From NCBI GenBank assembly GCA_934667105.1, contig CAKULG010000001.1:19224-83223 (forward strand): DNA of 64,000 nt, written 5' to 3'. Under the pieces are notes generated by a model. The model had not been told where the DNA came from and made no database searches. It saw nothing but the letters and a program-made list of their open reading frames with translations. Source of the stretch: an uncultured Clostridia bacterium (lineage in GTDB: Bacteria; Bacillota; Clostridia; Christensenellales; Aristaeellaceae). Both the position numbers and the translations under genes were made by a program. How positions within the stretch are numbered: the first letter of the stretch is position 1; every line of letters begins with the position of its first letter. Shown one piece after another: positions 1-9,544 of this stretch.

Positions 1-641
1 AAATTCGAGTGGCGCTGGGGCACCGCCGAGGGGTGGAGGCTCTGCGCGCCATTATCCGGGAAAGCAGCGATCTGGGCATAGAGGCCTTATCGCTGTACGC
101 CTTTTCCACGGAAAATTGGAGGCGCGATCCCCAGGAGGTGGAGGCCCTGATGGGCCTGCTGCTGGAATTTTTCACCTCCGAGATCGACGAGCTGGACGAG
201 AAAAACGTGCGTATCCGCATCCTGGGCGATCAGGCGGGGCTGCCCGCCCCCCAGCGGGAGGCCGTGGCCCGGGCGGAAAAGCGCACGGAGAATAATGCCG
301 GGCTGAAGCTGAACATCGCCATCAATTACGGCGGCAGGGCCGAGCTGGCCCGGGCCGCGCGCCTGCTGGCGCAAAAAGCAGTTCGGGGTGAAATCGCCCC
401 GGAGGATATCACGGAAGAAACCCTGGCGCAGGCGCTGTATACCCATGATCTGCCCGATGTGGATCTGCTGATCCGCACCAGCGGGGAAATGCGGCTGAGC
501 AATTTTTTGCTGTATCAGTGCGCCTACGCCGAGTTCCTGTTCCCCGAGGTGCTGTGGCCGGATTTTGATCTGGCGGCTTATCATGCGGCGCTGGATGCCT
601 TCGCCCGGCGGGACAGGCGATTTGGAGGACGAAAGCAATGA
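1..641 (+). CDS. uppS: isoprenyl transferase / undecaprenyl-diphosphate synthase, N-terminus cut by window edge
   Basis: The frame is open to the window start. Translation contains YAFSTENWRR and IRTSGEMRLSNFLLYQ, hallmark cis-prenyltransferase motifs. The stop overlaps the cdsA start (ATGA). Confidence 0.9.
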   Translation, partial: IRVALGHRRGVEALRAIIRESSDLGIEALSLYAFSTENWRRDPQEVEALMGLLLEFFTSEIDELDEKNVRIRILGDQAGLPAPQREAVARAEKRTENNAGLKLNIAINYGGRAELARAARLLAQKAVRGEIAPEDITEETLAQALYTHDLPDVDLLIRTSGEMRLSNFLLYQCAYAEFLFPEVLWPDFDLAAYHAALDAFARRDRRFGGRKQ

Positions 642-1450
642 CCACACGGATTATCACCGGCGTGTGCCTGACTGCAGTGCTGGCCTTTGCGCTGGCTATG
701 GGGGGCTGGGTTTTTTCGGTTTTGTATATGGCGTCCATTTGCCTTTCGATGTACGAGGTGTTCCGCGCCTTAAAGCAGGCGGGGCACCGCCCGGTGCAAT
801 GGCCCTGCTGGCTGTGCCTGGTGCTTTCCATTCCGCTGTTCACCATCAAGGACAGCGTGTCCCCCCTGCTGCCGCTGGTGGCGGGAGCGTGCATGCTCAT
901 TGCGGTGATGGTGATGTTCCGCTCCGAGCCCCGGCTGGATGAACTGCTGCTTTCCGCCATGCCGCTGTTCTGCGTGCTGCTGCCGGGCATGTGCATGCTG
1001 GGCCTGGCCCGGGCCATTGACCGGGTGCATCAGCTGCTGCTGATTCTGCTGGCCTTCGGCGTGCCGCTGGTGGGCGATATGCTGGCCTATTTCGTGGGCA
1101 GCCGTTTCGGTGCGCGCCGGCTGTGCCCGGCGGTGAGCCCCAATAAATCCGTGGAAGGGGCGGCGGCGGGCCTGGCGGGCAGCGTGCTTTTTGCGCTGCT
1201 GATGGACGGGGTGTTTTCCTGCTTCGCGCCCATGCCCCCGGTGTGGCATTTCCTGGTGCTGGGCGTGCTTGGCGGCCTGGCGGGGCAGGTGGGCGATCTG
1301 TTCGCCTCGCTGATTAAGCGCCATTGCGGCCTGAAGGATTTTGGCACCATCTTTCCCGGCCACGGAGGCATGATGGACCGGCTGGACAGCGTGTATTGGG
1401 CCACGGTGGTGATGTATGTGTATCTGCTGCTGGGCCCCTTCCCGGCCTAA
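638..1450 (+). CDS. cdsA: phosphatidate cytidylyltransferase (CDP-diglyceride synthase)
   Basis: 270-aa multi-TM protein with a C-terminal GHGGMMDRLDS signature. The uppS-cdsA-dxr order is typical of Firmicutes. Confidence 0.85.
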   Translation: MTTRIITGVCLTAVLAFALAMGGWVFSVLYMASICLSMYEVFRALKQAGHRPVQWPCWLCLVLSIPLFTIKDSVSPLLPLVAGACMLIAVMVMFRSEPRLDELLLSAMPLFCVLLPGMCMLGLARAIDRVHQLLLILLAFGVPLVGDMLAYFVGSRFGARRLCPAVSPNKSVEGAAAGLAGSVLFALLMDGVFSCFAPMPPVWHFLVLGVLGGLAGQVGDLFASLIKRHCGLKDFGTIFPGHGGMMDRLDSVYWATVVMYVYLLLGPFPA

Positions 1451-1475
1451 AGGCGGAAAGGAAAGCGAGGAGAGC

Positions 1476-2627
1476 ATGCGCGGAATAGCAATCCTGGGCA
1501 GCACTGGCTCCATCGGCCGGCAGGCCATTAACGTGATAACGCTGCATCCCGACCGCTTTTTTGTGACGGCCCTGACCGCCCACAAAAACGCGGCGCTTTT
1601 ATTTGAGCAGGTGCGCCTGCTGCGGCCCCGCATGGCGGCGCTGACGGGGGAGGAGGCGCAGGTGCCGGAGGATCTGCGCTTTTGCGAATTTTTCTTTGGC
1701 TCGGACGCCCTGGAGCGGGTGGCCCGGGAAAGCGAGGGCCAAGATGTGCTGGCCGCTGTGGTGGGCGTGTGCGGGCTGCGGGCGGTCATGGCCGCCCGAC
1801 AGGTGGGCAAGCGCGTGCTGCTGGCCAATAAAGAAACGCTGGTGGCGGGGGGCGAAATGGTGATGGCCGCCTGCCCGGAGCAGGACGGCATGCCCACCCT
1901 GCTGCCCGTGGATAGCGAACACAGCGCCATTTTTCAGTGCCTACAGGGGGCGGGACCCAACGCTTACGCCCGTATCCTGCTCACGGCCTCGGGCGGCCCC
2001 TTCCGCACCTGGGAGGCGGCGGCCATCCGGAAGGCCACCGTGGCGCAGGCCCTGGGGCACCCCACCTGGAGCATGGGGGCCAAGATTACGGTAGATTCCG
2101 CCTCCATGTTTAATAAGGCGCTGGAAATTATCGAGGCGAAATGGTTGTTCCATGCCCGGCCGGAGCAAATTCAGGTGGTAATTCACCCCCAGAGCATCGT
2201 GCATTCGGCGGTGGAATTTCAGGACGGCGCGGTAATCGCCCAACTGGGCGCGCCGGATATGCGCGTACCCATTCTCTACGCCATGAGCTATCCCCAGCGG
2301 CTGGAAACAGGGGCGAAGCGGCTTGATCTGTTCGCCCTGGGGCAATTGACCTTCGAGGCTCCGGATCAGGAAAAATTTCCCGCCCTTGGCATGGCCTATG
2401 CCGCGCTGGCGGCGGGGGGCGCGGCGGCCTGCGTGCTCAACGCCGCCAACGAGGAGGCCGCCGGGGCGTTTCTGCGGGAGGAGATCGCCTTTGGGGAGAT
2501 TCCCCATATCGTGGAAAGCGCGCTGGAGCGCTGGGGGCATCTGCCCGCCCGAACGCTTTCCGATGTGGAAACGGCGGACGCCCTGGCTCGGGAAGCGGCC
2601 CGGCATTATATGAAAAACCACGGCTGA
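1476..2627 (+). CDS. dxr: 1-deoxy-D-xylulose 5-phosphate reductoisomerase
   Basis: N-terminal IAILGSTGSIGRQ NADPH motif, plus LANKE and DSEHSAIFQC motifs. Start placed at ATG 1476, behind an AGGAGAG RBS, rather than the ORF-track start at 1416. Confidence 0.93.
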   Translation: MRGIAILGSTGSIGRQAINVITLHPDRFFVTALTAHKNAALLFEQVRLLRPRMAALTGEEAQVPEDLRFCEFFFGSDALERVARESEGQDVLAAVVGVCGLRAVMAARQVGKRVLLANKETLVAGGEMVMAACPEQDGMPTLLPVDSEHSAIFQCLQGAGPNAYARILLTASGGPFRTWEAAAIRKATVAQALGHPTWSMGAKITVDSASMFNKALEIIEAKWLFHARPEQIQVVIHPQSIVHSAVEFQDGAVIAQLGAPDMRVPILYAMSYPQRLETGAKRLDLFALGQLTFEAPDQEKFPALGMAYAALAAGGAAACVLNAANEEAAGAFLREEIAFGEIPHIVESALERWGHLPARTLSDVETADALAREAARHYMKNHG

Positions 2628-2652
2628 AATTCTTTTGCATGCGGGAGGCGCT

Positions 2653-3744
2653 ATGTCTGTATTAATGATTCTGGCGGCCATTCTGATGCTGGGCGTGATG
2701 GTGATGGTGCATGAATGCGGCCATTTCTTCGCCGCCCGGCTTACGGGCATTCCGGTGAAGGAATTTGCCATCGGCTTTGGCCCCAAGCTGTTTTCCTGGA
2801 AAAGCAAAAAGCATGAAACCCGCTTTTTCTGGCGGCTGATTCCCGCCGGGGGCTATTGCATGTTCTACGGCGAGGACGACGCGGAGGGCAAGGAGCAGGA
2901 AGACCCCCGAAGCATTAACCGCTACGCCGTCTGGAAGCGGCTGCTCACCATCCTGATGGGCCCGGTGATGAATTTCGTGCTGGCGCTGCTGGCGGCCACG
3001 GCGCTGTTTTTCGTCTTGGGCGAGGATGTGAACGGCGTGGTGGGCCGCGCGGTAATCAGCCAGGTGAACGACGGCGGCGCGGCCCAGGCGGCGGGCATGC
3101 AGGAGGGGGATATCATTCTTTCCGTCAACGGCCAGGCGGCCAGCGGCGTGACGGAGGAGGGGCTGCTTTCCGCCTCCGCCATGATCGGCGCTTACAAGGA
3201 GGGGGACGCGCCCCTGCAAATCGCCGTGCTGCGGGGCGAGGATACCCTCTCCCTTTCCATGACACCCAAATACGACGCGGCGGAAAAGCGCTTCATGATT
3301 GGCGTGGGGCTCAGCTATGAATACACCCCCGGCTATGCGCGCGTTTCTCTGGGCCGGGCGGCGGCCCTGGGCGGGGATTACTGCCTGCGGGCGGCGGGGG
3401 CCATTCTGAACGGGCTGAAAACCATGGTGACCACCGGTCAGGGCTTCGCCGAATCCTCCGGCCCGGTGGGCATCGTGCATATGATTGCAGAGGAAACAGA
3501 GAAATCGGGCTGGACGGCGTATGTGCAGCTACTGGTGCTGATTTCGGTGAACCTGGGGCTGTTCAACCTGATTCCCATTCCCGGGCTGGACGGCGCGCGG
3601 GCTATCTTCCTGATTATCGAGGGCGTGCGCCGCAAGCCGGTGAACCGCAAAACCGAGGCGTATGTGCATCTGGCGGGGTATGTGCTTTTGTTCGGCCTGC
3701 TGCTGGTGATGACGTGCAAGGATATACTTCAGCTTTTTCAATAA
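2653..3744 (+). CDS. rseP: RIP site-2 zinc metalloprotease (RseP/RasP family)
   Basis: HECGHFF (HExxH) in the first TM segment, a central PDZ-like region, and a C-terminal NLIPIPGLDG motif. ATG 2653 sits behind GGGAGG; the ORF-track start at 2635 is a TTG. Confidence 0.85.
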   Translation: MSVLMILAAILMLGVMVMVHECGHFFAARLTGIPVKEFAIGFGPKLFSWKSKKHETRFFWRLIPAGGYCMFYGEDDAEGKEQEDPRSINRYAVWKRLLTILMGPVMNFVLALLAATALFFVLGEDVNGVVGRAVISQVNDGGAAQAAGMQEGDIILSVNGQAASGVTEEGLLSASAMIGAYKEGDAPLQIAVLRGEDTLSLSMTPKYDAAEKRFMIGVGLSYEYTPGYARVSLGRAAALGGDYCLRAAGAILNGLKTMVTTGQGFAESSGPVGIVHMIAEETEKSGWTAYVQLLVLISVNLGLFNLIPIPGLDGARAIFLIIEGVRRKPVNRKTEAYVHLAGYVLLFGLLLVMTCKDILQLFQ

Positions 3745-3756
3745 ACGGAGGATGCG

Positions 3757-4806
3757 ATGGGCGTTAAGAAGCGGGTGCAGGCGGGCGGCCTGGCCATTGG
3801 CGGCGGCAGCCCGGTTTCCATTCAATCCATGACCAATACCGATACCCGGGATACGGCGGCCACCCTGGCCCAAATTCGCCGTCTGGCGGCGGCGGGGTGC
3901 GATCTGGTGCGCGTTTCGGTATACGACGCGGCCTGCGCCGCGGCGGTGCGCACGCTGGTGGATGCAAGCCCCGTGCCCCTGGCGGCGGATATTCATTTCG
4001 ATTATCGCCTGGCTATCGCCGCCATGGAAAACGGCGTTCAGAAGCTGCGCATCAATCCGGGCAATATCGGCGGCGCGGAAAATGTGCGCCGGGTGGCGGA
4101 TTGCGCCCGGGCCCACGGGACGCCCATCCGCATCGGCGTGAACGCGGGCAGCCTGGAAAAGGATATTCTGGCCCGGGAGGGCGGCGTGACCGCCCGGGGC
4201 ATGGCGGACAGCGCGCTGCGGCATGTGAAGCTGCTGGAGGACGCGCATTTTACCGATATCGTGCTCTCCCTCAAGGCCAGCAGCGTGCCGCTGACGGTGG
4301 AGGCCTACCGGCTGATGGACAGGCTGTGCGATTATCCCCTGCATCTGGGGGTGACGGAGGCGGGCCTGCCCGGAAGGGGCACGGTGAAATCCGCCATTGG
4401 CATTGGGGCGCTGCTGCTGGACGGCATCGGCGATACGGTGCGCGTATCCCTCACCGGCGATCCCGAGGAGGAGCCCCGGGCGGCGCTGGAAATTCTGCGG
4501 GCCGTGGGTCTGCGGGGAGGCGTGCGCTTTGTTTCCTGCCCCACCTGCGGCCGCACGCAGATCGATGTGGCGGGCATTGCCCGGCGGCTGGAGGCGGAAT
4601 TCGCAGATGTGGATAAGCCCGTCACCGTGGCGGTGATGGGCTGCGTGGTCAACGGCCCGGGGGAGGCCCGGGGTGCGGACGTGGCCCTTTGCGGCGGCAA
4701 AAATTGCGGCGAACTGTTTATCAAGGGCAAGCCGGCGGGCAAGCTGACGGGCGATCTGGCCCAGGCCATGGCCAACGCCGTGCGGGAGTATCTGCATGAC
4801 TTATGA
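3757..4806 (+). CDS. ispG: 4-hydroxy-3-methylbut-2-en-1-yl diphosphate synthase (flavodoxin)
   Basis: Full-length GcpE-family translation (QSMTNT; C-terminal CPTCGR ... GCVVNGPGE cluster ligands). GGAGGA RBS lies 5 nt upstream. Confidence 0.93.
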   Translation: MGVKKRVQAGGLAIGGGSPVSIQSMTNTDTRDTAATLAQIRRLAAAGCDLVRVSVYDAACAAAVRTLVDASPVPLAADIHFDYRLAIAAMENGVQKLRINPGNIGGAENVRRVADCARAHGTPIRIGVNAGSLEKDILAREGGVTARGMADSALRHVKLLEDAHFTDIVLSLKASSVPLTVEAYRLMDRLCDYPLHLGVTEAGLPGRGTVKSAIGIGALLLDGIGDTVRVSLTGDPEEEPRAALEILRAVGLRGGVRFVSCPTCGRTQIDVAGIARRLEAEFADVDKPVTVAVMGCVVNGPGEARGADVALCGGKNCGELFIKGKPAGKLTGDLAQAMANAVREYLHDL

Positions 4807-7800
4807 GGAATTGCTGCGCGCCGTATCCAAGGCCCTGCCCGAAACGGAGGGACAGCTGGCCATCGAGCGGGTGCGCTTTGTGAAAAGCGAAAATAAGGCG
4901 TATTTCTCCTTTCTCTCCGACGTGCTTGTGGGCGAGAAGGGCTTTTTTGCCATCAAGCGGGCGATTGCCGGGGCCTTTCCGGGGCTGAGCTTTTCCCTCC
5001 GGGTGGCCAGCCCCGCCCTGGCCCGGGAATTTCTGCAAAACCCGGATAAATATTCAGCGCCGCTGAATCATTATCTTATTCGTCACTATCCCGCCGTGGC
5101 TTCCTGGGAATTCGATATGCGCTGGGCCCCGGGCAACGGCCGGGTCACGCTGGAAATGCCCGATGAATTTTCCATGGATTATTTGGAAAAGCAGAATATC
5201 CGCCCCCAGCTGGCGGCGGTGATTCGGGATGTGTTCCGGCTGGATACCGAGGTGGCGCTGCGGGTGTGCGGCGATGAGGAAAAGCGGCTTCACGCCCTGC
5301 AAAAGGAGCGGGAGGAGCAGGATCGGGTGGCCAACGAGCGTGCCGCCCGATACGAGGAAATCGCCAAGGCCCAGGAAAAGAAGGAAGAAAAGCCCAAGGA
5401 AGAGGATGTGCGCATCAAGGGCCGCGCCATCGGCGATCCGCCCGTGCCCATCCGCGAGCTGACCGACGACAGCGGCCTGGTGGTGATTCGGGGCAAGGTG
5501 CTCTCCTGCGAGGATAAGGAAATCGCAGGGGGCGAAATGGTGCTGCTCTCCTTCCTGGTGACGGATTTCACCTCCACCATCCGCTGCAAGGCCTTCCTGC
5601 GCTATCGTCCCCGCCGCCCCAAGGAAGAAGAAAGTCCGCCCCCTATCACCGACGCGGAACGGGAGGCCGTGACCAAGGTGCTCAAGGCCATCAAGCCGGG
5701 CATGGGCATTCTGGTGCGGGGGGACACGCAATACGATCAGTATTCCCACGAAACGGTGATTATGGCCCGGGATATGTCCTCCTGCACGCTGCCCCAGCGA
5801 GAGGATACCTGCCAGGAAAAGCGCATCGAGCTGCACGCCCACACCCAGATGAGCAATATGGACGCGGTGGTTTCCGCCTCCGATCTCATTGCCCGGGCGG
5901 CCAAATGGGGCCACGAGGCCATCGCCATCACCGATCACGGGGTGGACCAGGCCTTCCCCGAGGCCTTCGGCGCGGCCAAGAAAAATAATATCAAGCTGCT
6001 CCCCGGCATGGAGGGCTATCTCACCGACGACGACGACGTGGTGATCGGCGCTAAGGACGAGCCCATGGACGGCCCCGTTATCGTGCTGGATTTTGAAACC
6101 ACGGGGCTGAACACCGCCAAGGATCGCATTATTGAAATCGGCGCGGTGAAGCTGGCCCACGGCCAGGTGGTGGACAGCTACGGCGTGCTGGTGAATCCCG
6201 GCGTGCTGCTGCCTGCGAAGATCGTGGAAATCACCCATATCACCGATCAGATGCTCCGGGATGCGCCCACGGCGGCCCAGGCGCTGCCCGAGCTGCTGGC
6301 CTTTATGGACGGCTGCCCCATCGCGGCCCATAACGCGAAATTCGATTGCGCGGTGCTGGAAAGCGAATTAAAGCGCCTGGGGCTGGAATATAAGGCCCCG
6401 CAGCTGGATACCCTCACCCTGGCCCGGAAGCTGTATCCCGAATTGAAATCTCATCGCCTGGGATCGGTGTGCAAGCGGCTGGGCGTGTCCCTCAAGGACG
6501 CGCACCGCGCCGTGAACGACGCCGCCGCCACCGCGCAATGCCTGGCCCGCATGATGGACGACGCCCGGAAAAAAGGCGCGGAAAAGCTGCGCGATTTAAA
6601 CGACGTGGGCAGCGGCTACACCCTGGGCAATTCCTGGCATATCGTGCTGCTGGCCGCCAGCCAGGACGGCATGACCAATTTGAACCACTTAATTTCCGAA
6701 TCCCATCTGAAATATTTCCGGCGCAAGCCCCATATTCCCCGGGCCGTGCTGCAAAAATACCGCCAGGGGCTGATTGTGGGCTCCGCCTGCGAATCGGGGG
6801 AACTGTATACCGCCATGGTGGACGGCGCGACGGATGAAAAGCTCAGCCGCATCGCCCGCTTCTATGATTATCTGGAAATTCAGCCCATCGGCAACAACCA
6901 ATTCCTGATCCGGGAGGGGCGCGTGCCCGATGAGGAAACGCTGCGGGAATACAACCGCCGTATCGTGCGCCTGGGGGAGAAGCTGGGGCTGCCCGTGGTG
7001 GCCACCGGCGACGTGCATTTCCTGGATCCCGAGGACGCGGTGTTCCGCGCCATTTTGCAGGCGGGCCAGGGCTTCAGCGACGCCGATCATCAGGCTCCCC
7101 TGTATTTCAAATCCACCGATGAAATGCTGCGGGAGTTCGCCTATCTGGGCAAAAGCAAGGCTCACGAGGTGGTGATCGAGAACCCCAAGAAGATCGCCGA
7201 TCGAATTGGAAAAGTTTCGCTGTTTCCCCCCCATCCCGAGGGGAAAACCACCTTCTCCCCCTTCTGGCCCTCGGCGGAGGAGGATATCAAAAGCCTCACC
7301 TACGGCACCGCCCACCGCTATTACGGCGACGAGTTGCCCGACATCGTGCAAAAGCGCATCGATAAGGAACTCAATGCTATTGTGGGCTACGGCTATTGCA
7401 CGCTGTATTCCATCGCGCAGAAGCTGGTGAAAAAATCCCTCAGCGACGGCTATGTGGTGGGCAGCCGCGGCAGCGTGGGCTCCTCCTTCGTGGCGTTCCT
7501 GACGGGCATCACGGAAATTAACTCCCTGCCGCCCCATTACCGCTGCCTGCATTGCCGCAAGGCGGATTTCAACATCCCCCCGCAATACACCATCGGCGTG
7601 GATTTGCCCGCCAAAAACTGCCCCGATTGCGGCCAGCCCCTGGTGCGGGACGGCTTTGATATCCCCTTCGAGGCTTTTCTGGGCTTCAAGGGCGATAAAG
7701 TGCCCGATATTGATCTGAACTTCTCCGGCGAATATCAGCCCGTGGCCCATAACTATGTGAAGGAGCTGTTCGGCCCTGAGTATGTGTTCCGGGCGGGCAC

Positions 7801-9136
7801 CATCGGCACCATGGCGGATAAAACCGCCTACGGTTATGTGCTGAAATATCTGGAGGAGCGCAATCTCACCGTTTCCGACGCGGAAAAGGAGCGCCTGGCC
7901 GCGGGCTGCGTGGGCGTGAAGCGCACCACGGGCCAGCACCCGGCGGGCATGGTGGTGCTGCCCCAGGAATACGATATCTGCCAGTTCACAGCCGTGCAGC
8001 ACCCGGCGGACGATTTGGAATCCCCCACCGTCACCACCCACTACGATTTCAACTCCATGCATGATATTCTGGTGAAGCTGGATATTCTGGGCCACGACGA
8101 TCCCACCATGCTGCATATGCTGGAGGAAATCACGGGGGTGAACTTCCGGGAAATCCCCCTGGGGGATCCGGGGGTGATGTCGCTGTTTTCCTCCCCCGCC
8201 GCCCTGGGCGTGACCAAGGAGGAAATTAACTGCAACACCGGCACCTTCGGCGTGCCCGAATTCGGCACAGCCTTTGTGCGCCAGATGCTGGAGGATACCC
8301 ATCCCTCCACCATGCAGGAACTGATTCGTATTTCCGGCCTTTCCCACGGCACCGACGTGTGGCTGGGCAACGCCAAGGATTTGATCGATCAGGGAATCGT
8401 GCCCCTGGCCCAGTGCCTTTGCACCCGCGAGGATATTATGAACCAGCTCATGCAGATGGGCGTGCCCGCCAAGATGGCCTTTGACACCATGGAATTTGTT
8501 CGCAAGGGCAAGGGCCTGAAGCCCGAAATGGTGGAGGCTATGCACGAGCATAACGTGCCTGCCTGGTTTGAAGAAAGCTGCCGGAAGATTAAATACATGT
8601 TCCCCAAGGGCCACGCCGCCGCGTATGTCACCATGGCCCTGCGCGTGGCTTGGTATAAGGTGTATCGCCCTCAGGCATACTATGCGGCGTACTTCACCAT
8701 CCGCGGGGACGGCTTCGACGCCTGCACCATGATTCTGCCCATCGATCAATTGCGGGAAAAGCTGAAGGAAATGTACGACCTGGATGCGCAGAAAAAAACC
8801 TCCCAGAAGGATAAGGACGCCATCACCGCCATGGAGCTGGTGCTGGAAATGATGGCCCGGGGCTTTTATTTCCTGCCTGCCGATCTGTATAAGAGCGATG
8901 TGAAGCGCTTTATCCCCGAGGGCGAAAAGGGCCTGCGGGTGCCCTTCACCGCCCTGGGCGGCCTGGGCGAGGCCGCCGCTATCGGTATCGTGGAGGCCCG
9001 CGCCACCCCCTTCATCTCGGTGGAGGATTTGAAAAACCGGGCCAAGGTGTCCAGCGCCGTGTGCGATCTGCTGCGGGAGCATGGCTGCTTGAAGGATTTG
9101 GCGGAGACCAACCAGGTCACGCTGTTCCAGCTTTAA
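4796..9136 (+). CDS. polC: DNA polymerase III PolC-type (Gram-positive replicative polymerase)
   Basis: 1446 aa. It has an embedded DEDDh exonuclease (VLDFETTGL, HNAKFDCAVL, HRAVNDAAA), a PHP domain (HAHTQMS) and the pol III alpha core. The start overlaps the ispG end by 11 nt. Confidence 0.95.
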   Translation: MTYEELLRAVSKALPETEGQLAIERVRFVKSENKAYFSFLSDVLVGEKGFFAIKRAIAGAFPGLSFSLRVASPALAREFLQNPDKYSAPLNHYLIRHYPAVASWEFDMRWAPGNGRVTLEMPDEFSMDYLEKQNIRPQLAAVIRDVFRLDTEVALRVCGDEEKRLHALQKEREEQDRVANERAARYEEIAKAQEKKEEKPKEEDVRIKGRAIGDPPVPIRELTDDSGLVVIRGKVLSCEDKEIAGGEMVLLSFLVTDFTSTIRCKAFLRYRPRRPKEEESPPPITDAEREAVTKVLKAIKPGMGILVRGDTQYDQYSHETVIMARDMSSCTLPQREDTCQEKRIELHAHTQMSNMDAVVSASDLIARAAKWGHEAIAITDHGVDQAFPEAFGAAKKNNIKLLPGMEGYLTDDDDVVIGAKDEPMDGPVIVLDFETTGLNTAKDRIIEIGAVKLAHGQVVDSYGVLVNPGVLLPAKIVEITHITDQMLRDAPTAAQALPELLAFMDGCPIAAHNAKFDCAVLESELKRLGLEYKAPQLDTLTLARKLYPELKSHRLGSVCKRLGVSLKDAHRAVNDAAATAQCLARMMDDARKKGAEKLRDLNDVGSGYTLGNSWHIVLLAASQDGMTNLNHLISESHLKYFRRKPHIPRAVLQKYRQGLIVGSACESGELYTAMVDGATDEKLSRIARFYDYLEIQPIGNNQFLIREGRVPDEETLREYNRRIVRLGEKLGLPVVATGDVHFLDPEDAVFRAILQAGQGFSDADHQAPLYFKSTDEMLREFAYLGKSKAHEVVIENPKKIADRIGKVSLFPPHPEGKTTFSPFWPSAEEDIKSLTYGTAHRYYGDELPDIVQKRIDKELNAIVGYGYCTLYSIAQKLVKKSLSDGYVVGSRGSVGSSFVAFLTGITEINSLPPHYRCLHCRKADFNIPPQYTIGVDLPAKNCPDCGQPLVRDGFDIPFEAFLGFKGDKVPDIDLNFSGEYQPVAHNYVKELFGPEYVFRAGTIGTMADKTAYGYVLKYLEERNLTVSDAEKERLAAGCVGVKRTTGQHPAGMVVLPQEYDICQFTAVQHPADDLESPTVTTHYDFNSMHDILVKLDILGHDDPTMLHMLEEITGVNFREIPLGDPGVMSLFSSPAALGVTKEEINCNTGTFGVPEFGTAFVRQMLEDTHPSTMQELIRISGLSHGTDVWLGNAKDLIDQGIVPLAQCLCTREDIMNQLMQMGVPAKMAFDTMEFVRKGKGLKPEMVEAMHEHNVPAWFEESCRKIKYMFPKGHAAAYVTMALRVAWYKVYRPQAYYAAYFTIRGDGFDACTMILPIDQLREKLKEMYDLDAQKKTSQKDKDAITAMELVLEMMARGFYFLPADLYKSDVKRFIPEGEKGLRVPFTALGGLGEAAAIGIVEARATPFISVEDLKNRAKVSSAVCDLLREHGCLKDLAETNQVTLFQL

Positions 9137-9204
9137 GCTGTGCAAATGGAAGCCTGCTAAAAAGCCGCGCACAGCGGCGTGAAAATCAAAAGGAGGAAAC
9201 AAAA

Positions 9205-9408
9205 ATGAAGAAAATCGTTCATGTGGAAGGCATGCGCTGCATGCATTGCGCCGGCAAGGTGGAGGGCGCGCTGCACGATCTGGGCCTGGAGGCCTGCGTG
9301 GAGTTGGATAAGAAAATCTGCGTGGTGGAGGGCCAGGCCGACGACGCGGCCATCCGCCAGGCCGTGGAAGCCAAGGGCTTCACCGTAACCGGCATTGAGA
9401 ACGCCTGA
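9205..9408 (+). CDS. heavy-metal-associated (HMA) domain protein, CopZ-like metallochaperone
   Basis: 67 aa, MKKIVHVEGMRCMHCAGKVE, with the MxCxxC metal-binding motif. AGGAGG RBS at 9191-9196. No partner P-type ATPase is present in the window. Confidence 0.75.
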   Translation: MKKIVHVEGMRCMHCAGKVEGALHDLGLEACVELDKKICVVEGQADDAAIRQAVEAKGFTVTGIENA

Positions 9409-9434
9409 GGAAATACGGAGAAACGAGGAATAAT

Positions 9435-9478
9435 GCGGGGGGAACCGCTCCTTGGCCTCCAAGGAATGCCTCCCCCGC
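9435..9478 (+). repeat. intergenic hairpin repeat, family copy 1 (hairpin only, imperfect)
   Basis: AATAAT-GCGGGGGGAACCGCTCCTTGG-CCT-CCAAGGAATGCCTCCCCCGC-ATATTAT, directly after the HMA gene. It has the same GCGGG...CTTGG/CCAAG...CCCGC architecture as the other copies. Confidence 0.7.
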
Positions 9479-9500
9479 ATATTATAATTCTCCATAAAGA

Positions 9501-9528
9501 GAGAGCCGCCGTTTGCACGGCGGCTCTC
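9501..9528. terminator. GC-rich hairpin between convergent genes (probable bidirectional terminator)
   Basis: GAGAGCCGCCG-TTTGCA-CGGCGGCTCTC is a perfect 11-bp stem. It lies 17 nt from the stop of the minus-strand SBP gene. Confidence 0.6.
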
Positions 9529-9544
9529 CTGAATTTTGCGTGGA

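Noticed and set aside
6689-9202. 837-aa ORF antisense to polC, plus smaller antisense or offset ORFs throughout 1-9136
   Set aside because: polC is unambiguous on the plus strand. The antisense translation has no motifs and arises from the codon bias of polC.
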